A DNA stretch of 52,187 bases from Methyloceanibacter sp. (GCF_049590335.1 NZ_JBAWCQ010000016.1:1-52187), one strand, 5' to 3'; positions 22,719 through 34,644 are shown, numbered from the stretch's first letter. Notes: generated by a model not told the origin, from the sequence alone. Translations and numbers: made by a program.

Positions 22719-23441
22719 TCACGCACGGGCGTAAACGTGCAGCGCACCGCCGAGCGTGCCTTGCTCCAGGCAGCGGAGCATATCCGCATATTTTTTCCGC
22801 ACCGCCTCGAAGAGTTCGGGGGATCGCGCGGCCGCAAGGGCCACCCGGTTCCCGTCCATGCGGGCTAGGAAGCGGCCGTACCAGGCGGCATAGGCCAGAT
22901 CGAGGTTGACGATGCCGGTGCACGCCCATCCCTGGCGTTCGGGGAGCTGGCGCATCTGCGTCATGGAATGGACGCTCGGCGGCAAACACTCGGTCCCGGC
23001 CAGGGCACAGCCGTCATAGGCGGTGTAATCGAACACGGCGATGCGCGCGCCCGAGTTCGAAACCTTTCGGAACGATGAGAAGCACGCCTCCAGATCGGGA
23101 CAGGCATAGAGTGAATTGAAGGCGTAGATCACGTCCATCTTGGGCAGGGCCATTTCGCCGAGCTTGGTGACATCGCCTAGTATGAACTGCGAGTCCTGAT
23201 AGGCGGCGTTGGCGTAACGCATAGACTCCGCGTCGAGATCGACCCCAACGACCACGGCGCCAGTCTTCTTACCGATCGCGTCCGCTGTGCCCCCCAGGCC
23301 GCAGCCCGCATCGAGCACGGTCTCGCGCGGTTCCGGCTTCACATGGGACAGAACGAGATCGATGGCCTCTTCCTCGCCGGGATGGGCGAAGTCGCCGCCG
23401 CGAACGTGCGCAAGGAACGCCTTGTTCTCGAATGTGTTCAT
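22719..23441 (-). CDS. Class I SAM-dependent methyltransferase
   Basis: VLDAGCGLGG motif I, GVD, GD; N-terminal GDFAHPGE. Confidence 0.85.
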   Translation of the reverse strand: MNTFENKAFLAHVRGGDFAHPGEEEAIDLVLSHVKPEPRETVLDAGCGLGGTADAIGKKTGAVVVGVDLDAESMRYANAAYQDSQFILGDVTKLGEMALPKMDVIYAFNSLYACPDLEACFSSFRKVSNSGARIAVFDYTAYDGCALAGTECLPPSVHSMTQMRQLPERQGWACTGIVNLDLAYAAWYGRFLARMDGNRVALAAARSPELFEAVRKKYADMLRCLEQGTLGGALHVYARA

Positions 23442-23478
23442 CGACGGCACAGCGAAAGCCTACCCCCGCGCGGGCGCC

Positions 23479-25020
23479 TTAGCGAGCTGAACCGACAACC
23501 GTTTTGCAGAGCGGTAGATCGGACAAGGTTCGCGGCCGCGCGGGCTTGCGCTTCTGCGCGTAGCGCGTGAGCGCCGGCTCGAGCTTTTCCCGCGGCCAGA
23601 AATTCGGCTTCCCGATCTCCCGCAAGCAGGACGCGCTCCAATAGGTGCCGGCGCGCGACGGCGACTGTCCAGCCTCGACGGCGCGCCCGACGGCCACGAT
23701 GTCTTTCGCTTCCGGGTAGATATAGACCGTGGTCGGCCTATTCTTGGCAATCGCCAGAATCGTCTCATTTTCCGCTTGCGGCCAGCTGGTGCAGCCGCTT
23801 GAACGCCCGGCGCTATAGTCGACCAACTTGCCGTAAGGCACATAGCCATCCTTGTTCGCATGGGGGCTGCTCGGGATTTTCATCCGGCACATCCACTTCA
23901 CGATCGCGGCCGAGTGCCCGCCAATAGCGCGCGCCCGCGCGGTCGCCGTTTCGCCTTCGCCTTCGAATTGCAGGAAGGAGCGCATCAGCGGCTGAGGGCC
24001 GCCGTCCGCGCTGTAATAGCCCTTGAATGACGTGCGGATCTCCGCCGTCATATAGCCGCCGCCGGTGGTCAGATGAGAATTGCGCGCATTTGAGAAATTC
24101 TTCGCGCAGCGCGACTTGTTCGACAGGTCGGCTAGACCTGTGAAGTTACGCCCTGCCCCATGGCCGGACGAGATGGCGCGGAACGTGCCCTTGGACTCGC
24201 AGATCACGTAGAACCGCTGTCCGCCGTCACCGGGGCGCGTCGCATCGAAAGCGAAATAGCACGGATTCTTAACCGCGCCGGCCCGCACCTTTTTCAGGTG
24301 AAAGTCGTGGGCACGCTTGAGCACAATGGCAGAGATTTGACCCTCGCCGTCACCGATATGCGGGTTCAGCCATGCGGGCAGGCCCGGAATGAGCGGCGCG
24401 GCGGGCGCTGGGGCGAGTACGGGCCCGAACGCGGCCGCGGGCCGAACAGCCGGCGCCCCTGAAACTTCTGGCGCGGGCGGCGCGACCGGAACGGTTCGAA
24501 CCGACCGCACTGCTGGAACCTGTTGAGGCGGAACCGCCTGAGGCTTTGGGACGGCCTGAGGGGATGGCGCGGCCAGAACATCCGGCACAACGCTTGACCC
24601 GGGCAGTGTTCGGGCAACCGATGTCACACCTGCGTCCGGCACGGGCGCATTTCGCGCGGGCACATTCCGCACCGGCGCGTTCGGCACGGGCATGACGGGC
24701 GATTTCGCGGCCGGAGCAGGCGCCCGCGCAGTGGGAGCCGGAGCGTATTGCGGTGCGGGAGCTGGAACGGGAGGCGGAGTAGGCACTGGCACGGGCTGCA
24801 CGTGCCAGGGGAGCTGCTGGGCAAACGCGGACGGCGAAACGAACAGCGGACAGGCGAGCGTAAATGTCAGCGCCGCACCAACGGAAACGTCCAGCATGGC
24901 GCGTATGGCACCAAAGCTTTTTGACTTACGTCCCTTTGAGATGTGAGTTGTCCCTCGCACGAGGCACGCTCCCCATTGTGCAAGCATGGCCGGCATACGA
25001 AAGCCCGCACGGTTCAACAT
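23479..25020 (-). CDS. L,D-transpeptidase paralog with long Pro/Ala-rich N-terminal linker (start uncertain)
   Basis: C-terminal ~300 aa closely parallel 21489-22499 (CYFAFDATRP, CAKNFSN, IGGHSA, GRSSGCTSW); signal-like segment ending SAFA. Confidence 0.75.
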   Translation of the reverse strand: MLNRAGFRMPAMLAQWGACLVRGTTHISKGRKSKSFGAIRAMLDVSVGAALTFTLACPLFVSPSAFAQQLPWHVQPVPVPTPPPVPAPAPQYAPAPTARAPAPAAKSPVMPVPNAPVRNVPARNAPVPDAGVTSVARTLPGSSVVPDVLAAPSPQAVPKPQAVPPQQVPAVRSVRTVPVAPPAPEVSGAPAVRPAAAFGPVLAPAPAAPLIPGLPAWLNPHIGDGEGQISAIVLKRAHDFHLKKVRAGAVKNPCYFAFDATRPGDGGQRFYVICESKGTFRAISSGHGAGRNFTGLADLSNKSRCAKNFSNARNSHLTTGGGYMTAEIRTSFKGYYSADGGPQPLMRSFLQFEGEGETATARARAIGGHSAAIVKWMCRMKIPSSPHANKDGYVPYGKLVDYSAGRSSGCTSWPQAENETILAIAKNRPTTVYIYPEAKDIVAVGRAVEAGQSPSRAGTYWSASCLREIGKPNFWPREKLEPALTRYAQKRKPARPRTLSDLPLCKTVVGSAR

Positions 25021-25175
25021 TCAACGCGGACGTTTCCGGCCGGGATCCCTTTCGAGAAAATCACCTTCGAAACTAGAGCCCGAATGCTTAATCAGCCGTG
25101 AATGTGGCAAACGAGCGGCTCAGTCGTTAATAGGGCCTCGGTAAGGCCGCCCGAACGTTGCACCCTCAGAACTCG

Positions 25176-25607
25176 CTAATGCGCGCCGAGACGGCGGGCC
25201 AGCGCGGTACGACTGCTCGCAAGCTCCGAGAGCGTCCAGGCGTCAAGAACTTCCAGATACGCCTCGAGTGCATCGCTGAGCGCGCCCTGTAGCCGGCATA
25301 CCGGCGTGATGCAGCACTCAGTCTTCGACCGAAAACACTCCACGAGGTCGAAGTCCTCCTCGGTCGCCCGCACCACTGCGCCAACGGAGATATGCTCAGG
25401 CGCAAGCGCCAACCGAATGCCTCCCTTGCGCCCTCGCAACGTCTCGACGAAGCCGAACCGGGACAGTCGCTGCACGACCTTCGAGATGTGATGGTGCGAG
25501 ATACCATACGCGCCGGCGATCTGCTCGGCCGTCGCCAGCCGGTCGGGAAATGTAGCCAGGTACATCAGAACACGAAGCGAATAGTCGGTATGAAGGGTTA
25601 GCCTCAT
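25176..25607 (-). CDS. nsrR: Rrf2-family Fe-S regulator, NsrR-like
   Basis: MRLTLHTDYSLRVLMYLA, RGRKGG, three Cys ligands (ECF...C.I...C.L). Confidence 0.85.
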   Translation of the reverse strand: MRLTLHTDYSLRVLMYLATFPDRLATAEQIAGAYGISHHHISKVVQRLSRFGFVETLRGRKGGIRLALAPEHISVGAVVRATEEDFDLVECFRSKTECCITPVCRLQGALSDALEAYLEVLDAWTLSELASSRTALARRLGAH

Positions 25608-25689
25608 TGGCCTCTCCATGAGGAGGAAGCATTCCTCGCCGAAGGGTGAAATCTGACCGTCAAGAACGTCCTTGAATGCCATACAAAAA

Positions 25690-25712
25690 AATAGGTAAAA
25701 TATATACCTATT
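25690..25712. promoter_or_regulatory. Putative Rrf2/NsrR operator (11-1-11 inverted repeat)
   Basis: AATAGGTAAAA-T-ATATACCTATT, 9/11 symmetric, AT-rich, between the divergent nsrR-like and cytochrome genes. Confidence 0.6.
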
Positions 25713-25757
25713 ATAGCCGCGGAACAACTGCGGGGCCAATCGAGATGGGAGGACTTT

Positions 25758-26267
25758 ATGATACGCAAGGCTTCTGCCTTAGTGCTGGGACTTGGCCTGA
25801 TCGCAAGCGTAGCGCTTGCCGATGAGGAGCGAGTCTCTTTTCCTGCCAACTACAAAACGACATTTGAGAACTACGTGAGTCTCGATCGGGTGCAAAACCA
25901 CGATCAAATCATCAGGCTATTCGCGAATGACATAGCCATCGAAGCGGCGAAGGAGGGGCGCGAACTCCCCAATGGTTCAGTCCTTGTCGGTGAAGTCTAC
26001 AAGGCGAAAAAGGACCCAGACGGCAAGGTCGCAACCAGCGCCCTCGGACGCCGCGTACGCGACAAGCTTGCAGCGGTTGCCGTCATGGAGAAGGGCGAAG
26101 GCTGGGGCGACAACTTCCCGGACGGCCTGAAGAACGGCGATTGGGACTTTGCCATATTCAAGCCGAGCGGCGAACGCCTTAACAAGGACCTCAACACGTG
26201 CCGGTCGTGTCACGCCCCAATGGCAAAGACACAGCATTTGTTCTCGCTGGAACATTTGGCACAGTAG
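25758..26267 (+). CDS. Cytochrome P460-fold protein (cytochrome c'-beta-like), periplasmic
   Basis: Signal peptide, FPANY, ELPNGSVLVGE, GDWDFAIF, C-terminal CRSCH heme motif. Confidence 0.85.
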   Translation: MIRKASALVLGLGLIASVALADEERVSFPANYKTTFENYVSLDRVQNHDQIIRLFANDIAIEAAKEGRELPNGSVLVGEVYKAKKDPDGKVATSALGRRVRDKLAAVAVMEKGEGWGDNFPDGLKNGDWDFAIFKPSGERLNKDLNTCRSCHAPMAKTQHLFSLEHLAQ

Positions 26268-26281
26268 AGCGGCGTAGCTCC

Positions 26282-27889
26282 CTATTCCCACTCGATGGTG
26301 CCCGGCGGTTTCGACGTGATGTCGTAGACCACGCGGTTGATGCCCCGCACCTCGTTGATGATGCGGGTTGCAGCGCGCCCCAGAAAGTCGTGGGAGAAGT
26401 CGAAATAGTCCGCCGTCATACCATCGGTCGAGGTGACGGCACGCAGCGCGCAGACGAAATCGTAGGTGCGCGCATCGCCCATCACGCCGACGGTGCGCAC
26501 GGGCAGCAGCACGGCGAAGGCCTGCCAGATCGTATCGTAGAGGCCCGCTTTGTGGATCTCTTCCAGATAGATGGCGTCGGCCGCGCGCAGAATCTCTAGT
26601 TTCTCTTCCGTGATGTCGCCGGGAATGCGGATGGCGAGCCCCGGCCCTGGAAAGGGATGCCGCCCCACGAACGCGTCCGGCAGGCCAAGCTCGCGCCCTA
26701 GGCTACGCACCTCGTCCTTGAACAGAGCGCGCAAGGGCTCGACCAATTTGAGCTTCATAGTCTCGGGCAGGCCGCCCACATTGTGATGGGACTTGATGGT
26801 GACGGAAGGTCCCCCTGTGGCCGAGACGCTTTCGACCACGTCCGGATAGAGTGTGCCCTGGGCGAGGAATTGCGCATCTTCGAGCTTTTCGGACTCTTCC
26901 TCGAAGACCTCGATGAAGAGCCTCCCGATAATCTTGCGCTTGGCTTCCGGGTCCGAAATACCGTCAAGCGCGCGCAAGAAGCGTTCGCTTGCGTCCACAT
27001 GAACCAGCGGGATGTTGTAGTGCCCGCGGAACAGCTCGACGACCTGGGTAGCCTCATCTTTGCGCAGGAGGCCGTGGTCCACGAAGATGCAGGTGAGCTG
27101 ATCGCCGATGGCCTCGTGGATCAACAGCGCGGCGACAGAGGAGTCCACGCCACCTGAAAGGCCGCACACGACGCGGCCCGTGCCCACCTGTTTGCGAAGA
27201 CGGTCCACTTCCGCCGTGCGAAACTGGGCCATGCTCCAATCGCCTGAACAGCCGCCAATCTTTCGCGCGAAGGTTTCGATCAGCGCCGCTCCTTTTGGCG
27301 TATGCACGACTTCCGGGTGGAACTGCACGCCATAGAGCTTGCGGTCGTCGTCGGCGATGGCGGCAAACGGCGCGCCCGTGGAGATGCCGACCGCACGAAA
27401 TCCGGGGGGAAGCTTGGTGACGCGGTCGCCATGGCTCATCCAGACTTGCGCGCGCTCGCCCGTGGCGAACACACCGTCGAACAGCTTCGTCTTGTCCACG
27501 ACCTCGAGTTCGGCCCGACCGAATTCGCGTTCGTTTCCCGGTTCCACCTGCCCGCCCAGCGCCGCCACCATAGCCTGTTCGCCATAGCAAATGCCGAGCA
27601 CGGGCACGCCCGCGTCAAAGAGTGCGGCGGGCGCCCGGGGCGTGCCGCTCTCATGCACCGAGGCGGGGCCGCCCGACAGGATGATGGCTTTTGGGCGCAC
27701 CGCGGCAAGTGCGGCCTCGGCCTTGTCGTAGGGCACGATTTCCGAATAGACGCCCGCTTCGCGCACGCGCCGGGCGATGAGTTGGGTCACCTGACTGCCG
27801 AAGTCGACGATCAGCACCCGATCTTGGGTGGCATCTGCTTGTTCTTGGTCTGCAGTTTTTTGTTCCATAAGCGCCATTTTCGGTTCCAT
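26282..27889 (-). CDS. guaA: GMP synthase (glutamine-hydrolysing)
   Basis: [47 protein letters not shown]. Confidence 0.98.
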   Translation of the reverse strand: MEPKMALMEQKTADQEQADATQDRVLIVDFGSQVTQLIARRVREAGVYSEIVPYDKAEAALAAVRPKAIILSGGPASVHESGTPRAPAALFDAGVPVLGICYGEQAMVAALGGQVEPGNEREFGRAELEVVDKTKLFDGVFATGERAQVWMSHGDRVTKLPPGFRAVGISTGAPFAAIADDDRKLYGVQFHPEVVHTPKGAALIETFARKIGGCSGDWSMAQFRTAEVDRLRKQVGTGRVVCGLSGGVDSSVAALLIHEAIGDQLTCIFVDHGLLRKDEATQVVELFRGHYNIPLVHVDASERFLRALDGISDPEAKRKIIGRLFIEVFEEESEKLEDAQFLAQGTLYPDVVESVSATGGPSVTIKSHHNVGGLPETMKLKLVEPLRALFKDEVRSLGRELGLPDAFVGRHPFPGPGLAIRIPGDITEEKLEILRAADAIYLEEIHKAGLYDTIWQAFAVLLPVRTVGVMGDARTYDFVCALRAVTSTDGMTADYFDFSHDFLGRAATRIINEVRGINRVVYDITSKPPGTIEWE

Positions 27890-28023
27890 TGGCAGCTAGT
27901 TATAGCAGGAGTCTCCGGGGCGCCGGGGATTTCGAACGCGTTTTCGGAACGGTTTTCGGCTCGGAAACACATCGCTTTACCCCTATCAAGGAGATGCGAG
28001 TTCGCTCCGAGGAGAAATGCCCC

Positions 28024-29103
28024 ATGGGCCAAGACAGCGGCGGAGAAGAAGACACAGGCGAAAAAGATATGGACAAAAACGAGCAGCGCGCGATCGAAGA
28101 GCGGCTCAAAGGGCAGATCGCGTCCTACCACGAAGCGGCCCTGCTCTTCACGGCGGTCACGGCAGGTCTGCCGGACCTGTTGAACGCCGAACCCCGCACC
28201 GCGGAAGCGCTGGCGTCCGACCTAGGTCTAAAAACCGAGCCCATGCGCCGTTTCTTGCGCGGCCTCGTGGCCATGCAGCTTTGCGAGGCGCTGGACGACG
28301 GGCGCTTCGCCCTGACGCCCGCCGCCAAGGCGCTCACCTTCGGCAATCCCTCGAACTTGAGCGAGAAGGCCTTCGTCGCCGTGGGCCAGTATTGGATGCC
28401 CTGGATGTCGATGATGTATTCCTTGCGAACCGGCGAACCCTCGCTGCCCTTCGCGCTCAACAAGAGCTTCGCCGACTGGCGTGGTCCCAAGGCCGAGGAA
28501 GGCCGCTTCTTCTTCCGCTATGTCGCCAAGGAGGAACTGGCCAATCCCAACGGTCTCAAAGATGCTTTGGGTGACCTGCCGGAGGGTACCGTGATCGCGA
28601 GCCTTGGCGGCGGCTATGGCGCCTGGCTGGCGGATGTGTTGAGCCAGGGCCCCACCCTCAAAGCCGTCGTCTTCGATGCGCCGCCTGTTCTGGACGATGC
28701 GATGCGGCTCTTCGATGCCCTGGAGCTCGCCGACCGGGTCGCGTTTCTCCCCGGCGATGTCCTTGAGGCCATCTCCGTCTCGGCTGATGTCTTCGTCCTG
28801 AAGAGCGTTCTCCAGCAGCATGACGACGCGGGGGCGGCAAGGATCTTGGAGAACTGCCGCAAGACCATGGGCAAAAGCGGGCGTCTGATCGTCTATGAGC
28901 GGTTCATGCCCGAAGACGCCCGCGACGACCCGGATGCGATCATGCTCGACCTGCATATGCTGGCGATAACAGGCGGCAAGACCCGCACCAAAACAGAGAT
29001 GGACATGCTGATCGCGGGCGCGGGGCTCGCGGTCGCCGGACACCGCAAGACCGCCGACCGCATGAGCGTTCTCGACGTGCGGTGCCCCGAACCGGACCCG
29101 TAA
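28024..29103 (+). CDS. O-methyltransferase family 2 protein with dimerisation domain (start 28024 or 28069)
   Basis: Winged-helix N-terminus, LGGGYG, FDAP, PGD, DLHML..GG..RT. Confidence 0.8.
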   Translation: MGQDSGGEEDTGEKDMDKNEQRAIEERLKGQIASYHEAALLFTAVTAGLPDLLNAEPRTAEALASDLGLKTEPMRRFLRGLVAMQLCEALDDGRFALTPAAKALTFGNPSNLSEKAFVAVGQYWMPWMSMMYSLRTGEPSLPFALNKSFADWRGPKAEEGRFFFRYVAKEELANPNGLKDALGDLPEGTVIASLGGGYGAWLADVLSQGPTLKAVVFDAPPVLDDAMRLFDALELADRVAFLPGDVLEAISVSADVFVLKSVLQQHDDAGAARILENCRKTMGKSGRLIVYERFMPEDARDDPDAIMLDLHMLAITGGKTRTKTEMDMLIAGAGLAVAGHRKTADRMSVLDVRCPEPDP

Positions 29104-29151
29104 AGCTGGGCCCCAACCGATTGAAAGGAATCGCAAAATCCGGCGCGTGCC

Positions 29152-30447
29152 TCAGGCCCGGCGCTCCAGGACCGCCACGAAAAATCCGTCCGTACCGTGG
29201 CTGCGTGGCGTCATCAGCAACGTCTCGTCGGACCCATCCGCGGACGGCGGCGCTTCCGTCTCGATCGCCGCGTCCCACGCCTCGCGCCAGGGCGTCACCG
29301 CAAAGTCCGGGTGCCTCGCGAGAAAGCTCTCGACCTGCTCCCGGTTCTCGGTCGGCAGCACCGAGCAGGTAATGTAGGTGAGCCTTCCCCCCGGCTTCAC
29401 GAGCCCGGCGCCCGCATCAAGCACCGCGACTTGATCGGCCACGCGCGCCGACAGCATCTCTGGACTCAAACGCCATTTGGCATCGGGCCGCCGCCGCCAG
29501 GTTCCCGAGCCCGTACAGGGGGCATCGATGACCACGCGGTCCATCCTGCCCTCTAGCACCCCGAGCCCCGCCTCTTCCCCCGCCTCCAACGCTTGGACAT
29601 TGCGGACGCCCGCACGCCGCAGCCGCTCGAAAATGGGGCGCAAGCGCATCCGGCTGGTATCATAGGCGTAGAGCTGGCCGGTGTTCTGCATCGTCGCGGC
29701 GAGCGCCAATGTCTTGCCGCCTGCGCCTGCACAAAGGTCGATGACCTGCAAGCGGGGCCCCGCGCCCGACACGAGAGCGGCGATCTGCGAGCCTTCATCC
29801 TGCACCTCGAGCCAGCCCTTTCCATGGGCGGCGTCCGCCTCCAGATTGGGTATTCGCGCCGGTCCCTGCCGGGGGGCGATCCGCAGGCCCGAAGCCGCAT
29901 AGGCTGTGGGCTGAGGCTCGAAACGCGCCAATGCTTTCAACACCTTGTCACGACTTGCTTTGAGCGTGTTGACCCGCAGATCGACGGGCGCGCGGACCGA
30001 GAGCGCGGCCCCCTCTTCTGCCGCGTCTCCGCCGAACATGCCCGCGAATGATGCCTCCAGCCATTGCGGGTAATCGCCCCGAACCCAGGACGGGACCTCG
30101 GTCGAGAGCGCACGGGCAAGCCCGGCGCGTTCGGCATCGCTCAAGGGCTCGGGCGCGAAACGGCTCCCGTCACACAGCGTGTCCACGTTGTCGGCCAGCA
30201 TGGCCCAGGCGGTCACGAGCGCGCGCAATACCAGCGATCTTGGGCTATCGTCATCCATTGCGAAAGCGAGAGAAGAGCGCTGCCGCAGGCAATCGAACAC
30301 GAGACTGCCGATCGCGGCCCGGTCTCCCGATCCCGCGAAGCGATGGGTGAGCCCCCAGTCCTTCAACGCCTCTGAGGCGGGTCGCTTGCGCGCCGCCAAG
30401 TCGGTCAATACTTCGATGGCCGCACTGGCTCGTCCTGCTGGTGTCAT
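29152..30447 (-). CDS. RsmB/NOP family RNA m5C methyltransferase
   Basis: MTPAGR start, QDEGSQ, DLCAGAGGKT, DAPCTGSG, YITCS. Confidence 0.93.
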   Translation of the reverse strand: MTPAGRASAAIEVLTDLAARKRPASEALKDWGLTHRFAGSGDRAAIGSLVFDCLRQRSSLAFAMDDDSPRSLVLRALVTAWAMLADNVDTLCDGSRFAPEPLSDAERAGLARALSTEVPSWVRGDYPQWLEASFAGMFGGDAAEEGAALSVRAPVDLRVNTLKASRDKVLKALARFEPQPTAYAASGLRIAPRQGPARIPNLEADAAHGKGWLEVQDEGSQIAALVSGAGPRLQVIDLCAGAGGKTLALAATMQNTGQLYAYDTSRMRLRPIFERLRRAGVRNVQALEAGEEAGLGVLEGRMDRVVIDAPCTGSGTWRRRPDAKWRLSPEMLSARVADQVAVLDAGAGLVKPGGRLTYITCSVLPTENREQVESFLARHPDFAVTPWREAWDAAIETEAPPSADGSDETLLMTPRSHGTDGFFVAVLERRA

Positions 30448-30875
30448 TACAGCGTCTGGAACACGATGATCCGGCCGGCGACGAGGATCCACATCAGGGC
30501 GAGCGCGATCGCGCCCAGTAGAAACATGGGTGTCCGATGCGCGAGCTTATTGCTCGTCACATGGATGGCGGTATGGCCGATCCGGGTCAGCGTGAACATC
30601 CACATCAGCACGTAGACGGTCGTATCAAGGGTCTTGGTCATGAAGCCAAGTAGCACGACGACGTAGAACAGCGTGGGCATCTCCATGGCATTGTGAAAGG
30701 CGTTGCTCACCTGCTGCACGTAAGGAGGCCAGTCCGCCTGGCGCATGGCAGCCACTTCCGGCTGCACCTTGCCTGTCCGGATGGCCTGGAGCCTCAGAAT
30801 GATCATCCAGAACAGCAGGGCAAAGGTCAGCGCGACCTGCAGGAACATGGGCAGCAGAATGGCTCCGAACGACAT
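30447..30875 (-). CDS. MAPEG family membrane protein
   Basis: ILLPMFLQV, NAFHNAMEMP.LFY, RIGH..IH. Confidence 0.85.
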   Translation of the reverse strand: MSFGAILLPMFLQVALTFALLFWMIILRLQAIRTGKVQPEVAAMRQADWPPYVQQVSNAFHNAMEMPTLFYVVVLLGFMTKTLDTTVYVLMWMFTLTRIGHTAIHVTSNKLAHRTPMFLLGAIALALMWILVAGRIIVFQTL

Positions 30876-31122
30876 GGTATCCCCTTCATGGAGTGCGGTG
30901 CGCGATAGCATCGGGATAGGTGCGCGCCTCGCGCCCTTATACTCCGCCACCGTCGCCGTTGTAGAGACAGGGTTCGCCTCGTATCTCGAATTCCGGCCCG
31001 GACCCCGATTCTTAACAGTATGTCCTCAAAACATGGAGGGATGTTCAATTGACGGGACTGCTCCAGCCCTTCTAAACCTAAGCAAAATAGCAAAGTTCAC
31101 AGCGTTCCTAAGGAGGATTCCC

Positions 31123-31989
31123 ATGCGCCTGCGCGCTTTTCCCATTTTTACCGCAAGAGCCGCGCTTTCGGTAAGTGCCATGCTCTCGGCTGGTCTGCTC
31201 GCCACGGCGCTTCTGACGGCCCCCGCCACCGCCAAGGACGAGGCTCCCTCGGACCCCTGCTTCGACGGCAAGCTCAGCATCAAGGACGTGCTCGATGCCT
31301 GTCAGGCCTTCATCGACAAGGGCAACGACGACAAGAAGCTCGTTATTCGCGCCCATAGCGTGCGCGCCATGGGTCTGTCGGCCACCGGCAATCTCGACGC
31401 CGCCATGGACGAGATCAACACCGCCGTCGCGATCGATCCGAAGCGCGCCAACAGCTATTTCATGCGCGCGGCCGCTTACCACGCCAAGAAGGAATATGAT
31501 AAGGCTGTCGCAGATCTGGACACGGCCATCGAATTGAAGGAGGACGACCCGGACTATTACCTCCTGCGCGGCCTCGTCTACAGCCAGAAGAATGACTATG
31601 ACGCCGCACTGACGGACCTGAACAAGAAGGTCAAGTTGGACCCGAAAACGACCAACGGATACTCCAACCGGGGCGAGCTGTATCGGAAGCGCAAGGAGTT
31701 CGACAGCGCGGTCGCCGACTATACCAAGGTCATCGAACTCGATCCCGAGAGCGCGAAAGGCTATGTCGATCGCGGCTGGATCTACGTCTTGCAGGACAAC
31801 CTCGACAAGGCGGGCCCCGATTTCGATACCGCACTTGAAATACAGGCCAACAATGCCCTAGCTCTGGTGGGCCGCGGCGTTGTGAAAAGCCGCACCGGGG
31901 ACGCTACGGACGGCAGCGCCGATCTCAGAATGGCGGAGAGGCTTGAGCCAGGCGTCTTCGAGCAAGTCCGTGCACTTGGCGTCAAATAG
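31123..31989 (+). CDS. Exported tetratricopeptide-repeat protein
   Basis: RBS AGGAGG, signal peptide, 5-6 TPR units (AIELKE, VIELDP, NRG/DRG). Confidence 0.9.
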   Translation: MRLRAFPIFTARAALSVSAMLSAGLLATALLTAPATAKDEAPSDPCFDGKLSIKDVLDACQAFIDKGNDDKKLVIRAHSVRAMGLSATGNLDAAMDEINTAVAIDPKRANSYFMRAAAYHAKKEYDKAVADLDTAIELKEDDPDYYLLRGLVYSQKNDYDAALTDLNKKVKLDPKTTNGYSNRGELYRKRKEFDSAVADYTKVIELDPESAKGYVDRGWIYVLQDNLDKAGPDFDTALEIQANNALALVGRGVVKSRTGDATDGSADLRMAERLEPGVFEQVRALGVK

Positions 31990-32060
31990 CGGCCAGCATA
32001 CGCGACGCATTAGAAGACAGGCACGGCCAACAAAGGGCGAGCGGCCGTGGGGCCGCCGCT

Positions 32061-33674
<1,614 letters not shown>

Positions 33675-33687
33675 TTACCCTCAGAGT

Positions 33688-34623
33688 TCATAGCGCCTTG
33701 AGAGCCTTGCGGAGCAACGGGACTGCAAGTTCCGAGAACGACTGCACTTTTGCCTGCGGCAAGCGGTCCTCCCGGTGCACGATGCTGACTGGAATCGGCT
33801 CCGGTTCGTATTCTTCGAGGACCCTGCGCAGCGAGCCGTCCTTGAGAGCCGCTTGCGCTTGATAAGACAGCACGCGCACGATTCCGAGCTCGGCCTTTGC
33901 GGCATCGATAGCCGTCTCGGCGGTGTTAACGATCAAGCGTGGCTGAACCGGAATATTCTGCGCCCGCCGTTTCTCCTGGTTCTCGCGACTTTTCTCCGGC
34001 GTGGCACGACCTGGAAAGCCCCACCGGTCCGGCTCAGAGAACGAGGTGAACGTGATGCAGGAATGATCGAGAAGCGCCCTGGGCTCAGGCGGCACACCGG
34101 CGGTCTTCAAATAGGCCGGACTGGCGCAGCAGATCAGCCGGACGGTGCCAAGCGTGGTGGCGCGCATGGCCGAATCGGGGAGATGGCCGATGCGGATGCC
34201 GAGATCCATGCCCTCCTCCACGAGGTTGACCACCCGGTTCACGAGCAACATCCGGGCTTTCACATGCGGGTACGCGTCCAGATACGCGCTCACGACTGGC
34301 CGAACATGCAAGCAGCCGAATAGAATGGGCGCGGTCAGCGCCAGTTGCCCATGCGGTTCCGCCTTCTCGCCGGCCAGATGACGCTCGACCATATCGAGAT
34401 CGCCGAGAACCCGGCGGCAAGTCTCCAAATAGGTGCGGCCGGGCTCGGTGAGGGCCAGACGCCTCGTAGTCCGGGTGAGAAGGCGCGTGTTGACCGCGTC
34501 TTCCAAGGCTTTGAGGTGGCGGCTGACCGTTGAGAGCGGCATCCCGAGCCGCTCGCCCGCGGCCGACAGCGAGCCCGCGTCCGCGATAGCCAAAAAGACG
34601 CGAATGGCTGCGAGCCTGTCCAA
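33688..34623 (-). CDS. LysR-family transcriptional regulator (CrgA-like)
   Basis: HTH GSLSAA..VSRHL..LE, RTTRRLALT, substrate-binding domain. Confidence 0.93.
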   Translation of the reverse strand: MDRLAAIRVFLAIADAGSLSAAGERLGMPLSTVSRHLKALEDAVNTRLLTRTTRRLALTEPGRTYLETCRRVLGDLDMVERHLAGEKAEPHGQLALTAPILFGCLHVRPVVSAYLDAYPHVKARMLLVNRVVNLVEEGMDLGIRIGHLPDSAMRATTLGTVRLICCASPAYLKTAGVPPEPRALLDHSCITFTSFSEPDRWGFPGRATPEKSRENQEKRRAQNIPVQPRLIVNTAETAIDAAKAELGIVRVLSYQAQAALKDGSLRRVLEEYEPEPIPVSIVHREDRLPQAKVQSFSELAVPLLRKALKAL

Positions 34624-34629
34624 TTATTC

Positions 34630-34644
34630 TTCCAAATTATGGAA
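34630..34644. promoter_or_regulatory. Putative LysR recognition site (T-N11-A dyad)
   Basis: TTCCA-AATTA-TGGAA perfect dyad immediately upstream of the LysR start, between divergent genes. Confidence 0.6.

Noticed and set aside
24370..24810. Pro/Ala-rich quasi-repeats
   Set aside because: Low-complexity protein linker within the L,D-transpeptidase, not a DNA repeat element
25088..25102. CtrA-like TTAA-N7-TGAA upstream of the L,D-transpeptidase
   Set aside because: One mismatch and an uncertain gene start; too weak alone
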